The notes under the pieces: generated by a model | Databases searched by the model: none | Seen by the model: the letters and a program-made list of their open reading frames with translations, nothing else | What the model was told of the DNA's origin: nothing | Part shown: piece by piece, positions 35,269 through 42,306 of the stretch | How positions within the stretch are numbered: position 1 is the stretch's first letter | How the letters are laid out: each line of letters starts with the position of its first letter | IMG/VR virus record: IMGVR_UViG_2617271049_000012 | Reading direction: 5' to 3' (one strand) | DNA length: 42,306 nucleotides | Origin: a virus | Taxonomy: Duplodnaviria; Heunggongvirae; Uroviricota; Caudoviricetes | Made by a program: the position numbers and the translations under genes

Positions 35269-35283
35269 AATGGAGCCAGATAA

Positions 35284-38200
35284 ATGGGTAAAGGTGGCAG
35301 CAAGGGGCACACTCCTCGCGAAGCGAAAGATAACCTGAAATCCACGCAGTTACTGAGCGTGATTGATGCGATCAGTGAAGGGCCGATTGAAGGTCCGGTG
35401 GATGGATTAAAAAGCGTGCTGCTGAACAGTACGCCGGTGCTGGACAGTGAGGGGAATACCAATATATCCGGCGTCACGGTGGTGTTCCGGGCAGGTGAGC
35501 AGGAGCAGACACCGCCGGAGGGATTTGAATCCTCCGGCTCCGAGACGGTGCTGGGTACGGAAGTGAAGTACGACACGCCGATTACCCGGACCATCACGTC
35601 TGCAAACATCGACCGTCTGCGTTTTACCTTCGGTGTGCAGGCACTGGTGGAAACCACCTCAAAGGGTGACAGGAATCCGTCGGAAGTCCGTCTGCTGGTT
35701 CAGATACAGCGTAATGGTGGCTGGGTGACGGAAAAAGACATCACCATTAAGGGCAAAACCACCTCGCAGTATCTGGCCTCGGTGGTGGTGGGTAACCTGC
35801 CGCCGCGCCCGTTTAATATCCGGATGCGCAGAATGACGCCGGACAGCACTACAGACCAGCTGCAGAACAAAACGCTCTGGTCGTCATACACCGAAATCAT
35901 CGATGTGAAACAGGGCTACCCGAACACGGCACTGGTCGGTGTACAGGTGGACTCGGAGCAGTTCGGCAGCCAGCAGGTGAGCCGTAATTATCATCTTCGC
36001 GGGCGCATTCTGCAGGTGCCGTCGAACTATAACCCGCAGACGCGGCAATACAGCGGTATCTGGGACGGAACGTTTAAGCCAGCATACAGCAACAACATGG
36101 CCTGGTGTCTGTGGGATATGCTGACCCATCCGCGCTACGGCATGGGGAAACGTCTTGGTGCGGCGGATGTGGATAAATGGGCGCTGTATGTCATCGGCCA
36201 GTACTGCGACCAGTCAGTGCCGGACGGCTTTGGCGGCACGGAGCCGCGCATCACCTGTAATGCGTACCTGACCACACAGCGTAAGGCGTGGGATGTGCTC
36301 AGCGATTTCTGCTCGGCGATGCGCTGTATGCCGGTATGGAACGGGCAGACGCTGACGTTCGTGCAGGACCGACCGTCGGATAAGGCGTGGACCTATAACC
36401 GCAGTAATGTGGTGATGCCGGATGATGGCGCGCCGTTCCGCTACAGCTTCAGCGCCCTGAAGGACCGCCATAATGCCGTTGAGGTGAACTGGATTGACCC
36501 GAACAACGGCTGGGAGACGGCGACAGAGCTTGTTGAAGATACGCAGGCCATTGCCCGTTACGGTCGTAATGTTACGAAGATGGATGCCTTTGGCTGTACC
36601 AGCCGGGGGCAGGCACACCGTGCCGGGCTGTGGCTGATTAAAACAGAACTGTTGGAAACGCAGACCGTGGATTTCAGCGTCGGCGCAGAAGGGCTTCGCC
36701 ATGTACCGGGCGATGTTATTGAAATCTGCGATGATGACTATGCCGGTATCAGCACCGGTGGTCGTGTGCTGGCGGTGAACAGCCAGACCCGGACGCTGAC
36801 GCTCGACCGTGAAATCACGCTGCCATCCTCCGGTACCACGCTGATAAGCCTGGTTGACGGAAGTGGCAATCCGGTCAGCGTGGAGGTCCAGTCCGTCACC
36901 GACGGCGTGAAGGTAAAAGTGAGCCGTGTTCCTGACGGTGTTGCTGAATACAGCGTATGGGGGCTGAAGCTGCCGACGCTGCGCCAGCGTCTGTTCCGCT
37001 GCGTGAGTATCCGTGAGAACGATGACGGCACGTATGCCATCACCGCCGTGCAGCATGTACCGGAAAAAGAGGCCATCGTGGATAACGGGGCGCACTTTGA
37101 CGGCGACCAGAGCGGCACGGTGAATGGTGTCACGCCGCCAGCGGTGCTGCACCTGACTGCCGAAGTCACCGCAGACAGCGGGGAGTATCAGGTACTGGCC
37201 CGCTGGGACACGCCGAAGGTGGTGAAGGGCGTGAGCTTCCTGCTTCGTCTGACCGTGGCAGCGGATGACGGCAGTGAGCGGCTGGTCAGCACGGCCCGGA
37301 CGACGGAAACCACATACCGCTTCACGCAACTGGCGCTGGGGAACTACAGGCTGACAGTCCGGGCGGTAAATGCGTGGGGGCAGCAGGGCGATCCGGCGTC
37401 GGTATCGTTCCGGATTGCCGCACCGGCAGCACCGTCGAGGATTGAGCTGACGCCGGGCTATTTTCAGATAACCGCCACGCCGCATCTTGCCGTTTATGAC
37501 CCGACGGTACAGTTTGAGTTCTGGTTCTCGGAAAAGCAGATTGCGGATATCAGACAGGTTGAAACCAGCGCGCGTTATCTTGGTACGGCGCTGTACTGGA
37601 TAGCCGCCAGTATCAATATCAAACCGGGCCATGATTATTACTTTTATATCCGCAGTGTGAACACCGTTGGCAAATCGGCATTCGTGGAGGCCGTCGGTCG
37701 GGCGAGCGATGATGCGGAAGGTTACCTGGATTTTTTCAAAGGCAAGATAACCGAATCCCATCTCGGCAAGGAGCTGCTGGAAAAAGTCGAGCTGACGGAG
37801 GATAACGCCAGCAGACTGGAGGAGTTTTCGAAAGAGTGGAAGGACGCCAACGATAAGTGGAATGCCATGTGGGCTGTCAAAATTGAGCAGACCAGAGACG
37901 GCAAACATTATGTCGCGGGTATTGGCCTCAGCATGGAGGACACGGAGGAAGGCAAACTGAGCCAGTTTCTGGTTGCCGCCAATCGTATCGCATTTATTGA
38001 CCCGGCAAACGGGGATGAAACGCCGATGTTTGTGGCGCAGGGCAACCAGATATTCATGAACGACGTGTTCCTGAAGCGCCTGACGGCCCCCACCATTACC
38101 AGCGGCGGCAATCCTCCGGCCTTTTCCCTGACACCGGACGGAAAGCTGACCGCTAAAAATGCGGATATCAGTGGCAGTGTGAATGCGAACTCCGGGACGC

Positions 38201-38682
38201 TCAGTAATGTGACGATAGCTGAAAACTGTACGATAAACGGTACGCTGAGGGCGGAAAAAATCGTCGGGGACATTGTAAAGGCGGCGAGCGCGCCTTTTCC
38301 GCGCCAGCGTGAAAGCAGTGTGGACTGGCCGTCAGGTACCCGTACTGTCACCGTGACCGATGACCATCCTTTTGATCGCCAGATAGTGGTGCTTCCGCTG
38401 ACGTTTCGCGGAAGTAAGCGTACTGTCAGCGGCAGGACAACGTATTCGATGTGTTATCTGAAAGTACTGATGAACGGTGCGGTGATTTATGATGGCGCGG
38501 CGAACGAGGCGGTACAGGTGTTCTCCCGTATTGTTGACATGCCAGCGGGTCGGGGAAACGTGATCCTGACGTTCACGCTTACGTCCACACGGCATTCGGC
38601 AGATATTCCGCCGGATACGTTTGCCAGCGATGTGCAGGTTATGGTGATTAAGAAACAGGCGCTGGGCATCAGCGTGGTCTGA
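35284..38682 (+). CDS. J: Tail tip/host specificity protein J (1132 aa)
   Basis: Same length as lambda gpJ and colinear ([54 protein letters not shown]...). Confidence 0.95.
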   Translation: MGKGGSKGHTPREAKDNLKSTQLLSVIDAISEGPIEGPVDGLKSVLLNSTPVLDSEGNTNISGVTVVFRAGEQEQTPPEGFESSGSETVLGTEVKYDTPITRTITSANIDRLRFTFGVQALVETTSKGDRNPSEVRLLVQIQRNGGWVTEKDITIKGKTTSQYLASVVVGNLPPRPFNIRMRRMTPDSTTDQLQNKTLWSSYTEIIDVKQGYPNTALVGVQVDSEQFGSQQVSRNYHLRGRILQVPSNYNPQTRQYSGIWDGTFKPAYSNNMAWCLWDMLTHPRYGMGKRLGAADVDKWALYVIGQYCDQSVPDGFGGTEPRITCNAYLTTQRKAWDVLSDFCSAMRCMPVWNGQTLTFVQDRPSDKAWTYNRSNVVMPDDGAPFRYSFSALKDRHNAVEVNWIDPNNGWETATELVEDTQAIARYGRNVTKMDAFGCTSRGQAHRAGLWLIKTELLETQTVDFSVGAEGLRHVPGDVIEICDDDYAGISTGGRVLAVNSQTRTLTLDREITLPSSGTTLISLVDGSGNPVSVEVQSVTDGVKVKVSRVPDGVAEYSVWGLKLPTLRQRLFRCVSIRENDDGTYAITAVQHVPEKEAIVDNGAHFDGDQSGTVNGVTPPAVLHLTAEVTADSGEYQVLARWDTPKVVKGVSFLLRLTVAADDGSERLVSTARTTETTYRFTQLALGNYRLTVRAVNAWGQQGDPASVSFRIAAPAAPSRIELTPGYFQITATPHLAVYDPTVQFEFWFSEKQIADIRQVETSARYLGTALYWIAASINIKPGHDYYFYIRSVNTVGKSAFVEAVGRASDDAEGYLDFFKGKITESHLGKELLEKVELTEDNASRLEEFSKEWKDANDKWNAMWAVKIEQTRDGKHYVAGIGLSMEDTEEGKLSQFLVAANRIAFIDPANGDETPMFVAQGNQIFMNDVFLKRLTAPTITSGGNPPAFSLTPDGKLTAKNADISGSVNANSGTLSNVTIAENCTINGTLRAEKIVGDIVKAASAPFPRQRESSVDWPSGTRTVTVTDDHPFDRQIVVLPLTFRGSKRTVSGRTTYSMCYLKVLMNGAVIYDGAANEAVQVFSRIVDMPAGRGNVILTFTLTSTRHSADIPPDTFASDVQVMVIKKQALGISVV

Positions 38683-38743
38683 GTGTGTTACAGAGGTTCG
38701 TCCGGGAACGGGCGTTTTATTATAAAACAGTGAGAGGTGAACG

Positions 38744-39364
38744 ATGCGTAATGTGTGTATTGCCGTTGCTGTCTTTGCCGCACTTGCGGTGACAGTCACT
38801 CCGGCCCGTGCGGAAGGTGGACATGGTACGTTTACGGTGGGCTATTTTCAGGTGAAACCGGGTACATTGCCGTCGTTGTCGGGTGGGGATACCGGTGTGA
38901 GTCATCTGAAAGGGATTAACGTGAAGTACCGTTATGAGCTGACGGACAGTGTGGGGGTGATGGCTTCCCTGGGGTTCGCCGCGTCGAAAAAGAGCAGCAC
39001 AGTGATGACCGGGGAGGATACGTTTCACTATGAGAGCCTGCGTGGACGTTATGTGAGCGTGATGGCCGGACCGGTTTTACAAATCAGTAAGCAGGTCAGT
39101 GCGTACGCCATGGCCGGAGTGGCTCACAGTCGGTGGTCCGGCAGTACAAGGGATTACCGTAAGACGGAAATCACTCCCGGGTATATGAAAGAGACGACCA
39201 CCGCCAGGGACGAAAGTGCAATGCGGCATACCTCAGTGGCGTGGAGTGCAGGTATACAGATTAATCCGGCAGCGTCCGTCGTTGTTGATATTGCTTATGA
39301 AGGCTCCGGCAGTGGCGACTGGCGTACTGACGGATTCATCGTTGGGGTCGGTTATAAATTCTGA
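38744..39364 (+). CDS. lom: Outer membrane protein Lom (Ail/Lom family)
   Basis: 206 aa with signal peptide; matches lambda Lom along its length. Confidence 0.9.
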   Translation: MRNVCIAVAVFAALAVTVTPARAEGGHGTFTVGYFQVKPGTLPSLSGGDTGVSHLKGINVKYRYELTDSVGVMASLGFAASKKSSTVMTGEDTFHYESLRGRYVSVMAGPVLQISKQVSAYAMAGVAHSRWSGSTRDYRKTEITPGYMKETTTARDESAMRHTSVAWSAGIQINPAASVVVDIAYEGSGSGDWRTDGFIVGVGYKF

Positions 39365-39390
39365 TTAGCCAGGTAACACAGTGTTATGAC

Positions 39391-39418
39391 AGCCCGCCGG
39401 AACCGGTGGGCTTTTTTG
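39391..39418 (+). terminator. Rho-independent terminator after lom
   Basis: AGCCCGCCGG-AA-CCGGTGGGCT followed by TTTTTTG. Confidence 0.6.
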
Positions 39419-39428
39419 TGGGGTGAAT

Positions 39429-41753
39429 ATGGCAGTAAAGATTTCAGGAGTCCTGAAAGACGGCACAGGAAAACCGGTACAGAACTGCACCATTCAGCTG
39501 AAAGCCAGACGTAACAGCACCACGGTGGTGGTGAACACGCTGGCCTCAGAAAATCCGGATGAAGCCGGTCGTTACAGCATGGACGTTGAGTACGGTCAGT
39601 ACAGCGTCATTCTGTTGGTGGAAGGATTCCCGCCGTCACATGCCGGGACCATCACCGTGTATGAAGATTCTCAACCCGGTACGCTGAATGATTTTCTCGG
39701 TGCCATGACGGAGGATGATGCCCGTCCGGAGGCACTGCGCCGTTTTGAACTAATGGTGGAAGAGGTGGCGCGTAACGCGTCCGTGGTGGCACAGAGTACG
39801 GCAGACGCGAAGAAATCAGCCGGCGATGCCAGTGCATCAGCTGCTCAGGTCGCGGCCCTTGTGACTGATGCAACTGACTCAGCACGCGCCGCCAGCACGT
39901 CCGCCGGACAGGCTGCATCGTCAGCTCAGGAAGCGTCCTCCGGCGCAGAAGCGGCATCAGCAAAGGCCACTGAAGCGGAAAAAAGTGCCGCAGCCGCAGA
40001 GTCCTCAAAAAACGCGGCGGCCACCAGTGCCGGTGCGGCGAAAACGTCAGAAACGAATGCTGCAGCGTCACAACAATCAGCCGCCACGTCTGCCTCCACC
40101 GCGGCCACGAAAGCGTCAGAGGCCGCCACTTCAGCACGAGATGCGGTGGCCTCAAAAGAGGCAGCAAAATCATCAGAAACGAACGCATCATCAAGTGCCA
40201 GTCGTGCAGCTTCCTCGGCAACGGCGGCAGAAAATTCTGCCAGGGCGGCAAAAACGTCCGAGACGAATGCCAGGTCATCTGAAACAGTAGCGGAACGGAG
40301 CGCCTCTGCCGCGGCAGACGCAAAAACAGCGGCGGCGGGGAGTGCGTCAACGGCATCCACGAAGGCGACAGAGGCTGCGGGAAGTGCGGTATCAGCATCG
40401 CAGAGCAAAAGTGCGGCAGAAGCGGCGGCAATACGTGCAGAAAATTCGGCAAAACGTGCAGAAGATATAGCTTCAGCTGTCGCGCTTGAGGATGCGGACA
40501 CAACGAGAAAGGGGATAGTGCAGCTCAGCAGTGCAACCAACAGCACGTCTGAAACGCTTGCTGCAACGCCAAAGGCGGTTAAGGTGGTAATGGATGAAAC
40601 GAACAGAAAAGCCCCACTGGACAGTCCGGCACTGACCGGAACGCCAACAGCACCAACCGCGCTCAGGGGAACAAACAATACCCAGATTGCGAACACCGCT
40701 TTTGTACTGGCCGCGATTGCAGATGTTATCGACGCGTCACCTGACGCACTGAATACGCTGAATGAACTGGCCGCAGCGCTCGGGAATGATCCAGATTTTT
40801 CTACCACCATGACTAACGCGCTTGCGGGTAAACAACCGAAGAATGCGACACTGACGGCGCTGGCAGGGCTTTCCACGGCGAAAAATAAATTACCGTATTT
40901 TACGGAAAATGATGCCGCCAGCCTGACTGAACTGACTCAAGTTGGCAGGGATATTCTGGCAAAAAATTCCGTTGCAGATGTTCTTGAATACCTTGGGGCC
41001 GGAGAGAATTCGGCCTTTCCGGCAGGTGCGCCGATCCCGTGGCCATCAGATATCGTTCCGTTTGGCTACGTCCTGATGCAGGGGCAGGCGTTTGACAAAT
41101 CAGCCTACCCAAAACTTGCTGTCGCGTATCCATCGGGTGTGCTTCCTGATATGCGAGGCTGGACAATCAAGGGGAAACCCGCCAGCGGTCGTGCTGTATT
41201 GTCTCAGGAACAGGATGGAATTAAGTCGCACACCCACAGTGCCAGTGCATCCGGTACGGATTTGGGGACGAAAACCACATCGTCGTTTGATTACGGGACG
41301 AAAACAACAGGCAGTTTCGATTACGGCACCAAATCGACGAATAACACGGGGGCTCATGCTCACAGTCTGAGCGGTTCAACAGGGGCCGCGGGTGCTCATG
41401 CCCACACAAGTGGTTTAAGGATGAACAGTTCTGGCTGGAGTCAGTATGGAACAGCAACCATTACAGGAAGTTTATCCACAGTTAAAGGAACCAACACACA
41501 GGGTATTGCTTATTTATCGAAAACGGACAGTCAGGGCAACCACAGTCACTCATTGTCCGGTACAGCCGTGAGTGCCGGTGCACATGCGCATACAGTTGGT
41601 ATTGGTGCGCACCAGCATCCGGTTGTTATCGGTGCTCATGCCCATTCTTTCAGTATTGGTTCACACGGACACACCATCACCGTTAACGCTGCTGGTAACG
41701 CGGAAAACACCGTCAAAAACATCGCATTTAACTATATTGTGAGGCTTGCATAA
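39429..41753 (+). CDS. stf: Side tail fibre protein Stf (full length)
   Basis: Essentially identical from recollection to lambda Stf ([37 protein letters not shown]...), including the Ala/Ser-rich repeat region and the C-terminal His-rich GAHAH repeats. Confidence 0.95.
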   Translation: MAVKISGVLKDGTGKPVQNCTIQLKARRNSTTVVVNTLASENPDEAGRYSMDVEYGQYSVILLVEGFPPSHAGTITVYEDSQPGTLNDFLGAMTEDDARPEALRRFELMVEEVARNASVVAQSTADAKKSAGDASASAAQVAALVTDATDSARAASTSAGQAASSAQEASSGAEAASAKATEAEKSAAAAESSKNAAATSAGAAKTSETNAAASQQSAATSASTAATKASEAATSARDAVASKEAAKSSETNASSSASRAASSATAAENSARAAKTSETNARSSETVAERSASAAADAKTAAAGSASTASTKATEAAGSAVSASQSKSAAEAAAIRAENSAKRAEDIASAVALEDADTTRKGIVQLSSATNSTSETLAATPKAVKVVMDETNRKAPLDSPALTGTPTAPTALRGTNNTQIANTAFVLAAIADVIDASPDALNTLNELAAALGNDPDFSTTMTNALAGKQPKNATLTALAGLSTAKNKLPYFTENDAASLTELTQVGRDILAKNSVADVLEYLGAGENSAFPAGAPIPWPSDIVPFGYVLMQGQAFDKSAYPKLAVAYPSGVLPDMRGWTIKGKPASGRAVLSQEQDGIKSHTHSASASGTDLGTKTTSSFDYGTKTTGSFDYGTKSTNNTGAHAHSLSGSTGAAGAHAHTSGLRMNSSGWSQYGTATITGSLSTVKGTNTQGIAYLSKTDSQGNHSHSLSGTAVSAGAHAHTVGIGAHQHPVVIGAHAHSFSIGSHGHTITVNAAGNAENTVKNIAFNYIVRLA

Positions 41754-42306
41754 TGGCATTCAGAATGAGTGAACAACCACGGACCATAAAAATTTATAAT
41801 CTGCTGGCCGGAACTAATGAATTTATTGGTGAAGGTGACGCATATATTCCGCCTCATACCGGTCTGCCTGCAAACAGTACCGATATTGCACCGCCAGATA
41901 TTCCGGCTGGCTTTGTGGCTGTTTTCAACAGTGATGAGGCATCGTGGCATCTCGTTGAAGACCATCGGGGTAAAACCGTCTATGACGTGGCTTCCGGCGA
42001 CGCGTTATTTATTTCTGAACCCGGTCCGTTACCGGAAAATGTTACCTGGTTATCGCCGGGAGGGGAATATCAGAAGTGGAACGGCACAGCCTGGGTGAAG
42101 GATACGGAAGCAGAANNNNNNNNNNAAGCCTGATGCAGGTAGCTAGTGAGCATATTGCGCCGCTTCAGGATGCTGCAGATCTGGAAATTGCAACGGAGGA
42201 AGAAACCTCGTTGCTGGAAGCCTGGAAGAAGTATCGGGTATTGCTGAACCGTGTTGATACATCAACTGCACCTGATATTGAGTGGCCGACTTCACCTGCA
42301 GAGTAA
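41753..42306 (+). CDS. tfa: Tail fibre assembly protein Tfa (interrupted by a 9-nt N run at 42116..42124)
   Basis: [51 protein letters not shown]... matches lambda Tfa; the frame differs on either side of the N run, so the gap is not length-true; TAA at the window end. Confidence 0.85.

Noticed and set aside
36214-37908. 564-aa minus-strand ORF
   Set aside because: Antisense to the J gene, whose + strand product matches lambda gpJ over its full length.
39652-40876. 283-aa and 316-aa minus-strand ORFs
   Set aside because: Antisense to the GC-rich Ala/Ser-repeat region of stf; frames stay open by composition only.
42116-42124. Run of 9 N characters
   Set aside because: Assembly or scaffold gap, not biological; the tfa frame differs on either side, so the gap length is not true to the genome.

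Overview
The window is the late region of a lambda-like prophage, read left to right on the + strand: XRE/ImmA regulator pair, DUF968, RusA, Q antiterminator, pR'/tR', an ORF6N protein and an AraC regulator at the moron locus, holin and GH108 endolysin, bor (minus strand), cos, then the packaging, head and tail genes Nu1-A-W-B-C/Nu3-D-E-FI-FII-Z-U-V-G/T-H-M-L-K-I-J-lom-stf-tfa. All calls rest on reading the ORF translations and DNA by eye against remembered lambda and satellite protein families; no search or computation was run. The main finding is that the portal gene B is split in frame by a ~10.8 kb integrative element (about 11924..22735) flanked by a 7-bp direct repeat (GCGCCAT). That element has the layout of a phage satellite (PICI/P4-like): P4-type integrase, AlpA, Bro-N protein, a divergent ribbon-helix-helix repressor with three TGTGCGCACA operators, a RepA-like replicase followed by iterons, an SSB, and then its own lambda-like major capsid (E-like), decoration (D-like) and scaffold (Nu3-like) genes, its own cos site and its own Nu1-like small terminase. 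It has no portal, prohead protease, large terminase or tail genes, so it presumably depends on the surrounding phage for those. No rRNA, tRNA or CRISPR array was recognised. A 9-nt N run (42116..42124) interrupts tfa.
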